DNA of 64,000 nt from Actinomycetales bacterium (GTDB lineage Bacteria > Actinomycetota > Actinomycetes > Nanopelagicales > Nanopelagicaceae), in contig JBJTUU010000032.1 of NCBI GenBank assembly GCA_046080845.1, positions 906 through 64,905 on the forward strand, in the 5' to 3' direction. Shown one piece after another: positions 20,734 to 32,205 of the stretch. The translations under genes and the position numbers were made by a program. The notes beneath the pieces were generated by a model. It was given only the letters and a program-made list of their open reading frames with translations. It was not told where the DNA came from and searched no databases. How positions within the stretch are numbered: the stretch's first letter is position 1; each line of letters starts with the position of its first letter.

Positions 20734-20907
20734 GTGCCATTACCAAAACGAAAGATGTCTCGTTCGCGCACTCGTCATCGTCGAAGTTCTTGGAAGGCGA
20801 CACCTGCCGCAACCGCTAACTGCAGCAAGTGCCAACAGCCGAAATTGCAGCACACCGCTTGTCCGACTTGCGGCACCTATAAGAATCGCCAAGTTCTAGA
20901 GGTTTGA
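20734..20907 (+). CDS. rpmF: 50S ribosomal protein L32
   Basis: Not in the ORF track (57 aa). The GTG start at 20734 has GAAGGAG 6 nt upstream. Translation: (M)PLPKRKMSRSRTRHRRSSWKATPAATANCSKCQQPKLQHTACPTCGTYKNRQVLEV, a canonical L32 with a CxxC...CxxC knuckle. Confidence 0.9.
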   Translation: MPLPKRKMSRSRTRHRRSSWKATPAATANCSKCQQPKLQHTACPTCGTYKNRQVLEV

Positions 20908-21587
20908 TTCTGTCTGAGGCCTTAGCTGAGAAGCTCGGGGTATCGATAAATCCAGAGCAATTAAAACTAGCGCTGACCCATCGCTCCTATGCGTATGAAT
21001 TCGGTGGCCTACCAACCAATGAACGGCTGGAATTTCTTGGCGATAGCGTGATGGGTTTAATTATTACCGAAGAACTTTACGAAAGATTTCCTGATCTCGA
21101 CGAATCACAACTTTCTCCGCTGCGGTCTGGTGTTGTAAATATGAGAGCGCTAGCTAATATCGCGCGCAATTTGGACATTGGTCCATCTTTGTTAATTGGT
21201 AAAGGTGAAGAATTAACTGGCGGGCGAGATAAGAATTCAATCTTAGCTGATGCTTTCGAGGCGCTCGTGGGTGCAATTTATTTAGATCTGGGTTATGAGG
21301 CATGTCGAAAAGTTGTACTGGAACTGATGCGAGATGGAATTGAATCAGCAATCGCTCGCGGCTCCGGAGTTGATGGTAAAACTGCGCTACAAGAAATTGT
21401 TGCTGCTGCTGGATGGCAACCGCCTGAGTACCGAGTCACTGAATCAGGACCGGATCACGATAAAAGTTTTGTTGCGATTGCCATAGTAAATGGCGTCTCT
21501 TATGACCAGGGTGCCGGAAAGAGTAAACGCGAAGCAGAGCAGGAAGCTGCTCGACTTGCGTACGAGGCGTTATCTAAGAAGATTTAG
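20904..21587 (+). CDS. rnc: Ribonuclease III
   Basis: TTG start overlapping the rpmF stop. RNase III signature ERLEFLGDSV and a C-terminal dsRBD (GPDHDKSF...GKSKREAEQEAA). Confidence 0.95.
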   Translation: MILSEALAEKLGVSINPEQLKLALTHRSYAYEFGGLPTNERLEFLGDSVMGLIITEELYERFPDLDESQLSPLRSGVVNMRALANIARNLDIGPSLLIGKGEELTGGRDKNSILADAFEALVGAIYLDLGYEACRKVVLELMRDGIESAIARGSGVDGKTALQEIVAAAGWQPPEYRVTESGPDHDKSFVAIAIVNGVSYDQGAGKSKREAEQEAARLAYEALSKKI

Positions 21588-21589
21588 CC

Positions 21590-22492
21590 ATGCCTGAATT
21601 GCCGGAGGTCGAGACAGTTCGGCGCGGATTAGTACATTTTCTTCCCAAACGAAGAATTAACGAAATTCAAGTACTACACCCGCGTGCTAATCGAAAAGGC
21701 AGCTTGCCATTAAAGAGCGTAATTGGTTCCAGAATTTTAGAGGTAAATCGTCGCGGCAAGTTCTTATGGTTCACCCTAGATCGATCAGAGGCAATAGTCG
21801 GTCACTTAGGGATGAGTGGCCAGATGTTGATTCAGCCGACTAATGCTCCACATTCACCCCATACCCGCGTAATTATTAGATTTTCTGGCGCAAAAGATGA
21901 GTTTAGATTTATAGATCAACGGACATTTGGATGGCTTGCTGTCGATGAATTGGTTGAAAGTGAGAATCTTTGGGTGCCAAAATCATGTTCACATATCGCT
22001 CCGGACCCATTTGAGCCAAATTTCAATCTAAATTTGGCTCTAGGAAAACTTGCTAGTAGAAAGACTGAGATAAAGCGCGCTCTTTTGAATCAAGAGATTA
22101 TCAGTGGAATTGGCAATATATATGCGGATGAAGCTCTCTGGCGCTCCAAAATTCATCCAGAGCACAATATCGAACGACTCACAGAAAAAGAGTTACGGCT
22201 GGTGATTCAAAATGCCACAAAAGTTATGCGAGATTCGCTGGGGCGCGGCGGAACTAGTTTCGATGATTTATATATTGATGTGAATGGCCAAAGTGGTTTT
22301 TTTGCGATATCGCTAAAAGCATATGGTCGTGAAGGGGAACCATGTAAAAGGTGTGGAACTGCTATTCGAAGGATCACATTTGCCAATCGTTCCTCGCATT
22401 TTTGTCCGACCTGCCAAAAAGCGCCACGAACTCGGTCAAAACCGGGGAAGAATCGGGTCGGAAATCGCAATCGTAAAGGTAGTTCCCGCTAA
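21590..22492 (+). CDS. mutM: Formamidopyrimidine-DNA glycosylase
   Basis: N-terminal MPELPEVE, an H2TH region and a C-terminal zinc finger CKRCG...CPTCQ. Basic C-terminal tail. Confidence 0.9.
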   Translation: MPELPEVETVRRGLVHFLPKRRINEIQVLHPRANRKGSLPLKSVIGSRILEVNRRGKFLWFTLDRSEAIVGHLGMSGQMLIQPTNAPHSPHTRVIIRFSGAKDEFRFIDQRTFGWLAVDELVESENLWVPKSCSHIAPDPFEPNFNLNLALGKLASRKTEIKRALLNQEIISGIGNIYADEALWRSKIHPEHNIERLTEKELRLVIQNATKVMRDSLGRGGTSFDDLYIDVNGQSGFFAISLKAYGREGEPCKRCGTAIRRITFANRSSHFCPTCQKAPRTRSKPGKNRVGNRNRKGSSR

Positions 22493-22501
22493 GTTATACG
22501 C

Positions 22502-25500
22502 GTGTATTTAAAGAGCATGACCTTGAAGGGCTTTAAGTCCTTTGCTGCTCCGACCACCCTGCGCTTTGAGCCTGGTATCACCTGCATCGTGGGTCCGAAC
22601 GGTTCGGGTAAGAGCAATGTGGTCGATGGACTTACCTGGGTGATGGGTGAACAAGGTGCCAAAAGCCTTCGTGGCGGAAAGATGGAAGATGTCATCTTTG
22701 CGGGAACCTCCGGAAGGGCGCCGCTAGGTCGCGCTGAAGTTTCGGTCACTATTGATAACACGGATGGCGCGCTACCAATCGATTTTACTGAAGTAACAAT
22801 TTCGAGAACGTTATTTAGAAATGGCCAAAGTGATTATCAAATCAATGGCGAAAGCGTACGACTTTTAGATATTCAAGAGTTATTGAGCGATAGCGGCATT
22901 GGACGAGAGATGCACGTAATAGTTGGACAGGGCCAACTTGATGCAATCCTGGTTGCAAATCCGGAGGAACGCCGCGGTTTTATTGAAGAGGCTGCTGGGA
23001 TCCTCAAGCATCGCAAACGAAAAGAAAAGGCGCTGCGCAAACTCGATTCAATGCAAACTAATATGTCACGCGTTCAGGATCTAACCAATGAGTTACGCCG
23101 CCAACTAAGGCCGCTAGGTAAACAAGCAGAAGTGGCAAAGAAAGCTGCGGTTATACAAGCTGAAGTTCGAGACGCTCGGCTCCGGCTATTAGCTGATGAT
23201 GTCACAAATCTTAAGTCCACTCTCTCGCTAGAAGTAGCCGATGAAACTGCGCTGCGAGAGCGAAGAGCGGAAGTTGAACAGCAATTAGATAGATTACGAA
23301 ATCGCGAAGTCGAATTAGATCGAATTGCACTTGAAGAGGGGCCACAACTTACGGCAGCCCAAGACAACTACTACAACTTAACGGCGCAACGTGAAAAATT
23401 AAGAGGCACCCAGAATCTCGCTTCTGAGCGCGCTCGATTTCTCGCTGAAGAAGTTGAAGAGGCCAGATCAAGCGGACGAGATCCAGAAGTTATGGAGTCC
23501 GAAGCTCGCACGCTTCGCCAAGAAGAAACAGTTCTTCGGGAATCAATTGCGAGATCTCAAGAAGAATTAACCGCAGCAAGTAGAAATTTAACTGACCTAG
23601 AACATCGACTCAAAGGCGAAGAAGATCGGGTGGCCGCAGCGCTTCGTGCAATCGCAGATCATCGAGAAGGAACTGCACGCCAAGAAGGTCATATAAAAAG
23701 TCTGCAATCTGCAATTTCCAGCGCCGCCGCAGAAATCAATCGACTTGAAATGGCACTCACTGATGCTCGGGCTCGGGTAGACAGCGCACGACAAGAATTT
23801 GCAGAACTTGAAAACCAAATTGCGGGGCTTGGTGTAAATGAGAAAGGATTAGATGCTGATTTTGAAAAATCAAAGTCGGCACTTGGCGATGCGAAAGCCA
23901 AACTTGATAAGAATCAGGAAGCGCTCGTCGAATCTGAGCGGAAGCGGGCGGCGCTTGGAGCCAAAGTTGATGCGCTCCGCCAAGCCACTCTTCATAAAGA
24001 TGGTAGCGGCGCGTTACTCAATAACGGCCGAGGTATCCAAGTTAGAGGCAGCGTTGCTTCACTCATCAAGGTCGAACCTGGATGGGAGAGTGCGATCACT
24101 TCTGCGCTTGGAAATTATGCAGATGCGCTAGTCGTAAATGATGCTGCTAGCGCCATCACTGCGTTAACTTTCTTAAAAGGCGAGAGCGCTGGAAGTGCGG
24201 AGTTACTGATTCTAGAAGATAGCCAAGCCGTTAATTTCTCATACCCAGCAGGATTTCTGCCCCTGGTTTCAAAAGTCACAACCACAACGCTAGATTCACT
24301 ACTTCAGAAATTGTTGGCTGGCTATGTCGCCGCAGACTCACTCTCTGATGCGCAAAGAGTTGTTAGTTCAAATGGCGAGTTAATTGCCGTCACTAAAGAT
24401 GGCGACTTAATCGGACGGGGCAGAGCCCGTGGCGGCTCAAGTAGCTCAACTTCGCTAATAGAAATAACCACTCTTATTGAGAGAAGTGAAATTGAGCTGA
24501 ACCAAGTGGTACATGAATGCGAGAGATTAGGGTTTGAGAACTCTTCACTCCAGGGCGATGTGCGGGAAAAACAACGAACATATGACCAGGCGCTGGCTCG
24601 TTTAAATGAATCAGATGCTCGAATGGCTGGCCTGGCGGAAGAGATGGCAGCGGCTGGCCAAAATGTTAAGAGTGGGGTAGCTGAAATCGAACGTATCGAA
24701 GGTTCGCTGCGTGAAGTAAAACAAAGTATGGATGATGACAAATCTGAATTGGCTATCGCAGAGCGCGAATTTGCATCTGGAGAATTGCCAGATCAACCCG
24801 ACACAAGTTTGCTGGAAAACTTGCGCGCCTCAGTTGCTACGGCACGAGCTCTTGAAGTAGAAGCTAGATTGGGATTACGTACCATCGAAGAACGTGCAAC
24901 TGCGATCTCAGAACGCGCCTTGAATCTAGAACAATCTGCGACAGCTGAACGAGAAGCAACCATCCGACAGATATCAAGACGCGAGGCACGCGCCCGAGGC
25001 GCGGTAACTGCGCAAGCCGTTGCCGATGCCGCGTATGAAGCACTGATACAGATTGAGAATTCAATTTCGCGAGCAAATCACGAGCGCGCTAGGTTAGAAG
25101 GATCCCGCAGCTCGCGCGATGGTGAAATATTGAGTGTACGAGCCCAAATTCGAGATCTGGCGATCGAATTGGAGCAGCTAACTTCAAGCGTTCATCGAGA
25201 TGAAATTGCCAGGGCTGAACAAAGGTTGAGAATCGAGCAACTTGAAGTTAAAGCGATGGAGGAATTTGGAATTGATGCACAACTATTGATCTCCGAATTT
25301 GGCCCACAAAATCAGGTGCCCACATTCATCGAAAATGATCAAGGCGAACTATTACAGGGCGAGCTAATTCCATTCCGGCGAGATCAACAAGAGAAGCGTT
25401 TAGCCAGTGCAGAACGATCCCTTGCGCTGCTCGGCAAGATAAATCCGCTAGCTTTGGAAGAATTTTCTTCATTAGAAGAACGCCTAAAGTATCTCGCAGA

Positions 25501-26044
25501 ACAACTTGAGGACCTTAAGAAATCCAAAAAAGATCTGCTCGACATCATTAAAGAGGTTGATGACAAGGTACAACAAATATTTGAAGAGGCGTATCGAGAT
25601 ACCGCCCGCGAATTTGAAAAGATATTTGCCCGACTCTTCCCGGGCGGTGAAGGACGTTTGATTTTGAACGATCCCAGTGATTTATTGAATTCCGGCGTTG
25701 ATGTGGAAGCCCGTCCACCTGGCAAACGTATTAAACGACTCTCACTTCTCTCTGGTGGTGAGCGTTCGCTAACTGCAGTGGCACTTCTCATCGCAATCTT
25801 TAAAGCGCGACCAAGTCCGTTCTACGTGATGGATGAGGTTGAAGCTGCCCTAGATGATGCCAACTTAGGCCGATTGCTAGTTGTATTGGAAGAGTTACGA
25901 GCCGCTTCACAATTAATCGTCATCACCCACCAGAAACGAACTATGGAAATAGCTGATTCGCTATATGGTGTCACGATGCGTGGTGATGGAGTTTCTGAAG
26001 TTATTTCGCAGCGTCTGCGCGAGGTTGAGACCGAATCGGTCTAA
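22502..26044 (+). CDS. smc: Chromosome segregation protein SMC
   Basis: 1180 aa with Walker A GPNGSGKSN, long coiled coils, a hinge, signature LSGGE and Walker B FYVMDEVEAALD. Confidence 0.95.
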   Translation: MYLKSMTLKGFKSFAAPTTLRFEPGITCIVGPNGSGKSNVVDGLTWVMGEQGAKSLRGGKMEDVIFAGTSGRAPLGRAEVSVTIDNTDGALPIDFTEVTISRTLFRNGQSDYQINGESVRLLDIQELLSDSGIGREMHVIVGQGQLDAILVANPEERRGFIEEAAGILKHRKRKEKALRKLDSMQTNMSRVQDLTNELRRQLRPLGKQAEVAKKAAVIQAEVRDARLRLLADDVTNLKSTLSLEVADETALRERRAEVEQQLDRLRNREVELDRIALEEGPQLTAAQDNYYNLTAQREKLRGTQNLASERARFLAEEVEEARSSGRDPEVMESEARTLRQEETVLRESIARSQEELTAASRNLTDLEHRLKGEEDRVAAALRAIADHREGTARQEGHIKSLQSAISSAAAEINRLEMALTDARARVDSARQEFAELENQIAGLGVNEKGLDADFEKSKSALGDAKAKLDKNQEALVESERKRAALGAKVDALRQATLHKDGSGALLNNGRGIQVRGSVASLIKVEPGWESAITSALGNYADALVVNDAASAITALTFLKGESAGSAELLILEDSQAVNFSYPAGFLPLVSKVTTTTLDSLLQKLLAGYVAADSLSDAQRVVSSNGELIAVTKDGDLIGRGRARGGSSSSTSLIEITTLIERSEIELNQVVHECERLGFENSSLQGDVREKQRTYDQALARLNESDARMAGLAEEMAAAGQNVKSGVAEIERIEGSLREVKQSMDDDKSELAIAEREFASGELPDQPDTSLLENLRASVATARALEVEARLGLRTIEERATAISERALNLEQSATAEREATIRQISRREARARGAVTAQAVADAAYEALIQIENSISRANHERARLEGSRSSRDGEILSVRAQIRDLAIELEQLTSSVHRDEIARAEQRLRIEQLEVKAMEEFGIDAQLLISEFGPQNQVPTFIENDQGELLQGELIPFRRDQQEKRLASAERSLALLGKINPLALEEFSSLEERLKYLAEQLEDLKKSKKDLLDIIKEVDDKVQQIFEEAYRDTAREFEKIFARLFPGGEGRLILNDPSDLLNSGVDVEARPPGKRIKRLSLLSGGERSLTAVALLIAIFKARPSPFYVMDEVEAALDDANLGRLLVVLEELRAASQLIVITHQKRTMEIADSLYGVTMRGDGVSEVISQRLREVETESV

Positions 26045-26046
26045 CA

Positions 26047-26880
26047 ATGGGAAAGTTTAGTGATTTCTTCTCAAGATTTAGTAGTTCAAAGACAACATCG
26101 GCCGATCTCCAATCTTTTCGTGATCTCTTAATCGATGCAGATTTTGGAAGAGTTCTCGCAGATCAAATACTCGAAGAGTCAACAAATGGTAGTTCTGATT
26201 TAAGGGGACGAGTCAGTGAAAGTATCTTACGTACCCTAGTTGCCGAGCCGAGAAAATTGAATCTTGCTGAAGCAAGATTAACCACAATTCTTATTATGGG
26301 AGTGAATGGCACGGGAAAGACAACAAGTGCGGCGAAAATTGCCGCTTACTTAAGTGAATCCGGAAGAACGGTCGCACTTGCAGCCTGCGACACCTTTCGT
26401 GCGGCGGCCGTTGATCAACTAGTTACTTGGGGCAAGCGACTCGGGGTTCCTGTAGTAACTGGCAATTCGAAGGCCGATCCGGCAGCGGTTGCATTTGATG
26501 CAGTCGAGCGAGCCAAGCGAGAAACTATCGATGTCTTAATCATTGATACCGCAGGGCGATTACACAACCAAGATAATTTGATGCAGGAATTAAGCAAGAT
26601 TGAACGGGTGGTCGCAAAAGTCTCGCCAATCGATGAAAAGCTTTTCGTACTCGATGGGACTACCGGGCAAAATGGTGTGGCACAAGCGCTCGCTTTTCGG
26701 GATGCCGTGGGTCTGACGGGAATTGTGGTGACAAAATTAGATGGATCGGCCAAGGGTGGAATCGCCTTGGCGGTAGAGCGAGAGCTGCAAGTTCCAGTTA
26801 AGTTAATTGGCACAGGAGAGCGCCTCTCTGATCTCGCAGAGTTTGAACCAAAAACCTATCTGGAGAAACTTTTAACATAG
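26047..26880 (+). CDS. ftsY: Signal recognition particle receptor FtsY (NG domain only)
   Basis: 277 aa with GVNGTGKTT, DTAGR and TKLDG motifs. No acidic A-domain. Confidence 0.9.
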   Translation: MGKFSDFFSRFSSSKTTSADLQSFRDLLIDADFGRVLADQILEESTNGSSDLRGRVSESILRTLVAEPRKLNLAEARLTTILIMGVNGTGKTTSAAKIAAYLSESGRTVALAACDTFRAAAVDQLVTWGKRLGVPVVTGNSKADPAAVAFDAVERAKRETIDVLIIDTAGRLHNQDNLMQELSKIERVVAKVSPIDEKLFVLDGTTGQNGVAQALAFRDAVGLTGIVVTKLDGSAKGGIALAVERELQVPVKLIGTGERLSDLAEFEPKTYLEKLLT

Positions 26881-26882
26881 CC

Positions 26883-26920
26883 GTAACTCAGAAAGCGATT
26901 TACCGTAACGACTAGGCGGA
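26883..26920. promoter_or_regulatory. Candidate GlnR-type binding site upstream of amt (GTAAC-n6-n5-n6-GTAAC-n6-n5)
   Basis: Two exact GTAAC pentamers at 26883 and 26905, 22 nt apart, which matches the a-site spacing of actinobacterial GlnR boxes. The intervening b-sites (AGCGA, GCGGA) are degenerate. Confidence 0.25.
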
Positions 26921-26984
26921 ATGCTCCCTTCAACTCAATGGGGAGTCAGATAAGCCGGTCGGGCTTTTCAATCGGGAGAAACTG

Positions 26985-28624
<1,640 letters not shown>

Positions 28625-28636
28625 TAGGCTCGCATC

Positions 28637-30079
28637 ATGTTCGAATCGCTATCCGAGAAGTTTCAATCTGCCTTCGCCACCCTAAGGGGTAGGGGCCGCA
28701 TCGGGGAGTCCGAGATTTCTGCTGTTTGCGACGAGATTCGTAGCGCACTAATCGACTCAGATGTCTCGAGAGAAGTGGCCGATAAATTTGCAGCTAGAGT
28801 GAAAGCGGAATCGCTCAACTCGCTGGAAACGGTACACCGGAGCGTTAATCCGTCTCAAGAAATCTACGAGATAGTGCAACGCGAACTAATTGAAATTCTT
28901 GGCGGAGAAAATCGCCGGTTACGTTTCGCAAAAACACCTCCCACAATCATCATGTTGGCTGGCTTACAAGGGGCGGGAAAAACTTCGCTTGCTGGAAAAT
29001 TAGCGCTCTTCCTCAAAGAATCTGGAAATACTCCAATCTTGATTGCTGCGGATTTACAACGACCTAATGCAGTAACTCAACTCTCTGTTATCGGAGAAAG
29101 TATCGGGGTGCCGGTGTTCGCACCTGAACCAGGAAACGGCATTGGGGATCCGGTTCAAGTTGCTAGCTCCGGAGTTGAGTTGGCTAAGCAGAAACTCCAT
29201 AACATTGCGATTATTGATACTGCTGGTCGCCTTGGCGTTGACGGCGAATTAATGACCCAGGCGAGATCGATAAAGGATGCCATCAATCCAGATGAAACAC
29301 TTTTTGTCGTTGATGCAATGATTGGTCAAGATGCCGTTAAAACCGCAAAGGCTTTTGCCGACGGTGTTGCTTTTGATGCCATCGTTATGACCAAACTCGA
29401 TGGCGATGCCAAAGGTGGCGCCGCGCTATCGATAAGTGAAGAGACCAAGAAGCCAATACTCTTCATATCCACTGGAGAGAAGCCCAGTGACTTCGATTAT
29501 TTCTATCCAGAGCGAATGGCCTCCCGAATCCTTGGCTTGGGAGATATCCAGACCTTAGCTGAACAAGCCAAGCGCGCTGTAAGTGATGAGTCTGCCAAGC
29601 GTCTGGAACAGAAAATGGTTTCGGGCGAGACTTTTTCTCTGGCAGATTTCTTGGAACAAATTGAGGCGATGCAGAAGATGGGTTCGCTCTCTAAAATTCT
29701 AGGACTTCTTCCAGGATCCAATAGCGCAGCCATGAAAAAACAACTGGCCGCCTTGGATGATCGTGAACTAGTTCGGACTAGAGCGATCGTCCAGAGTATG
29801 ACACTTTCGGAACGAAATGATCCTAAGATTCTAAATGGCTCTCGGCGCTCACGTATTGCTAAGGGAAGTGGTCGCACTGTTACCGAAGTAAATAACTTAG
29901 TTGATCGATTTGCCGCGGCGGCAAAAATGATGAAACAGATGAAAACCTCTGGCGGCTTGATGCCACCTCAGATATCCCAAGCCATGCCTGGTTCAATGCC
30001 GGCCGTTAAAAACTCGCCACCAAAGAAGAAACCACGTTCCGGAAATCCGGCGAAACGGGCCCAAGAAGAGAGTAGATAG
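28637..30079 (+). CDS. ffh: Signal recognition particle protein Ffh
   Basis: NG domain (GLQGAGKTS, DTAGR, TKLDGDAKGG) plus a Met-rich M domain and a basic tail. Confidence 0.95.
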   Translation: MFESLSEKFQSAFATLRGRGRIGESEISAVCDEIRSALIDSDVSREVADKFAARVKAESLNSLETVHRSVNPSQEIYEIVQRELIEILGGENRRLRFAKTPPTIIMLAGLQGAGKTSLAGKLALFLKESGNTPILIAADLQRPNAVTQLSVIGESIGVPVFAPEPGNGIGDPVQVASSGVELAKQKLHNIAIIDTAGRLGVDGELMTQARSIKDAINPDETLFVVDAMIGQDAVKTAKAFADGVAFDAIVMTKLDGDAKGGAALSISEETKKPILFISTGEKPSDFDYFYPERMASRILGLGDIQTLAEQAKRAVSDESAKRLEQKMVSGETFSLADFLEQIEAMQKMGSLSKILGLLPGSNSAAMKKQLAALDDRELVRTRAIVQSMTLSERNDPKILNGSRRSRIAKGSGRTVTEVNNLVDRFAAAAKMMKQMKTSGGLMPPQISQAMPGSMPAVKNSPPKKKPRSGNPAKRAQEESR

Positions 30080-30233
30080 CGCTGAAATTGGGTTTTCTAG
30101 TGCTCCATGGCAGGATAGGCCACCTGATCAAGAGCCCTCTACCTCTTGACCGGCACCCGCAAAAGATTAATCGTCATTGCCATGGCATCCCACTCTTGGC
30201 GAGATGATTGTTCGAAACCTTAAGGAGCTTGCT

Positions 30234-30782
30234 TTGGCAGTAAAGATCAGATTGGTGCGACTTGGAAAAATTAGAACCCCGCACTATCGCATTGTGGTGG
30301 CCGATTCTCGTAAGGCGAGAAATGGTTTGAAGATTGAAGAGATCGGTAGATATTCACCGGCTTCGGATCCCTCATTAATTCAAGTTGATTCGGAAAGGGC
30401 ACAGCATTGGTTAAAGCAAGGCGCTAAGCCAACCGAAGCTGTGGCAGCTCTCTTTAAAATTACCGGCGATTGGCAGAAATTCAAAGGTATTGCTGGTAGC
30501 GAAGGAACCTTGAAGCCAATTCCAACTCGTGCCGACAAACGCGCTGCATACGAATCCGCAGTTAAGGCTGCAATGAACGAACCTAAAGATGGCGCAACTA
30601 CTATGAAAAAGCGCGCTGCCGAGAAATTAGCAGCAAAGTCGACTCCAACTGAAACTCAAGAAGCGCCGGCAGCCGAACCAGTTGCCGAGACCGCTCCGGT
30701 CGAACAAGTAGCAGAAACGGTTGCCACCGAAGAGACTGAAACTACGGATGCAGCTGCCACGACTGAAACTCCGGCTGAGTAA
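30234..30782 (+). CDS. rpsP: 30S ribosomal protein S16 with Ala/Glu/Thr-rich C-terminal extension
   Basis: TTG start at 30234 with AAGGAG 6 nt upstream. (M)[25 protein letters not shown] is the canonical S16 N-terminus. The ORF-track start (30177) adds 19 non-homologous residues. Confidence 0.9.
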   Translation: MAVKIRLVRLGKIRTPHYRIVVADSRKARNGLKIEEIGRYSPASDPSLIQVDSERAQHWLKQGAKPTEAVAALFKITGDWQKFKGIAGSEGTLKPIPTRADKRAAYESAVKAAMNEPKDGATTMKKRAAEKLAAKSTPTETQEAPAAEPVAETAPVEQVAETVATEETETTDAAATTETPAE

Positions 30783-30784
30783 CT

Positions 30785-31024
30785 ATGATTGATGAAGCGC
30801 TAGAACATTTAGTTAAAGGCATCGTCGATAATCCCGAGGAAGTAGTTATTAACGAGCGCGATGGTCGACGCGGCACAACCCTAGAAGTTCGAGTTCACCC
30901 TGACGATATCGGCAAAGTAATTGGTCGAAATGGCCGTACCGCAAAAGCGCTGCGAACCGTTGTTTCTGCCCTCGCGGGTAGAAGCGTAAGAGTCGACCTC
31001 ATCGAGGCCGACGAAGCTCGTTAG
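30785..31024 (+). CDS. KH-domain RNA-binding protein (YlqC-like)
   Basis: 79 aa with a KH GxxG motif (IGRNGRTA). Conserved slot between rpsP and rimM. Confidence 0.8.
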   Translation: MIDEALEHLVKGIVDNPEEVVINERDGRRGTTLEVRVHPDDIGKVIGRNGRTAKALRTVVSALAGRSVRVDLIEADEAR

Positions 31025-31525
31025 TTGCTTCTTGTTATAGGTCGAATCGGTCGCGCACATGGTTTGCGTGGCGAAGTTTCGGTTGAGTCTAGGACAGATC
31101 AGCCAGATCTTAGATTCAGCGTTGGCACCAAACTGGCGACTAACCCACCCGATCGCGGCCCACTTATCGTAGATTCATATCGTCAACACAATGGCGTTGT
31201 TCTACTTTCGTTTCAAGGCAAAACTGATCGGAGCGCAGCAGAATCTCTTCGCAACACGACGTTGATTGCAGATATTGAAATACCCAGATCTAATCAAGAT
31301 TCGGATGAATTTCATATCTCACAAATAATTGGCCTAATTGCCAAAGATAATTCGGGCAATACCCTAGGAGAAGTCATCGATGTATTGGACCATCCAGCTC
31401 ATGACACGCTAGTTGTGGCTACTCCAAAAGGTGAGATGTTGGTTCCTTTTGTAGCGAAACACGTACCCGTAATAGATCTAGAGAAATCTGAATTATTGAT
31501 CTCAAACTTCGAGGGAATCTTATGA
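31025..31525 (+). CDS. rimM: 16S rRNA processing protein RimM
   Basis: TTG start. The N-terminus IGRIGRAHGLRGEV is typical of RimM. PRC-barrel C-terminus. Confidence 0.9.
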   Translation: MLLVIGRIGRAHGLRGEVSVESRTDQPDLRFSVGTKLATNPPDRGPLIVDSYRQHNGVVLLSFQGKTDRSAAESLRNTTLIADIEIPRSNQDSDEFHISQIIGLIAKDNSGNTLGEVIDVLDHPAHDTLVVATPKGEMLVPFVAKHVPVIDLEKSELLISNFEGIL

Positions 31526-32205
31526 AAATTACTGCAATAAGTATCTTCCCAGAGTTTTTTGCACCACTTCAGTTATCTCTGATTGGCAAGGCAATTTCTA
31601 GTAATCAAATAGATTTCACTGCTATTGATCTAAGGAATTATGCAGAAGGAAATCATCGCAGCGTAGATGACACGCCCTATGGCGGCGGAGCTGGAATGGT
31701 CATGAGCCCGCAACCTTGGGGCGAAGCTATTGATGATGTCATTTCTAACTCAAATGAAAAGCTAGATCTAATTTTTCCTACCCCAAGCGGCAAAGTTTTC
31801 AATCAGAGAATGGCAGAATCTTTTAAGGATGCAACTCACATCGTATTTGCTTGTGGGCGTTATGAAGGCATTGATGCTCGCGTAGTGGAATTTTATCGAA
31901 CTAATCCCAATCTACGAATCCATGAGATTTCACTGGGTGACTACGTAATTAATGGCGGCGAAGCGGCAGCGCTAGTCATCGTTGAAGCGATTGCCAGATT
32001 AATTCCTGGAGTTATCGGAAATCCTGATTCACTAATAGAAGAGTCGCATAATGAGATTGGCGAAGTGGAATATCCGGTATATACAAAACCTGCGCTCTGG
32101 CGAGGGCTTTCAGTTCCCGACGTGCTTCTCTCTGGGAATCATGGCGAAATTGCGAAGTGGAGAGGTCAAGCAGCTCGCCTGAGAAAAGAGAAGCGCGAGG
32201 AATAA
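31522..32205 (+). CDS. trmD: tRNA (guanine37-N1)-methyltransferase
   Basis: SPOUT knot motifs (PYGGGAGMVM, CGRYEGIDARV, SLGDYVINGGE). Confidence 0.95.
   Translation: MKITAISIFPEFFAPLQLSLIGKAISSNQIDFTAIDLRNYAEGNHRSVDDTPYGGGAGMVMSPQPWGEAIDDVISNSNEKLDLIFPTPSGKVFNQRMAESFKDATHIVFACGRYEGIDARVVEFYRTNPNLRIHEISLGDYVINGGEAAALVIVEAIARLIPGVIGNPDSLIEESHNEIGEVEYPVYTKPALWRGLSVPDVLLSGNHGEIAKWRGQAARLRKEKREE

Noticed and set aside
20687-20899. 70-aa ORF from the track in the rpmF region
   Set aside because: It is out of frame with the true L32 gene (20734..20907), which has an SD and canonical sequence.
23074-25791. Multiple 70-139-aa ORFs antisense within smc
   Set aside because: These are antisense frames of a long coiled-coil gene, all embedded in the smc CDS.
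30177-30233. N-terminal extension of rpsP in the ORF track
   Set aside because: The canonical S16 N-terminus begins at TTG 30234 with an AAGGAG SD. The extension has no homology to S16.
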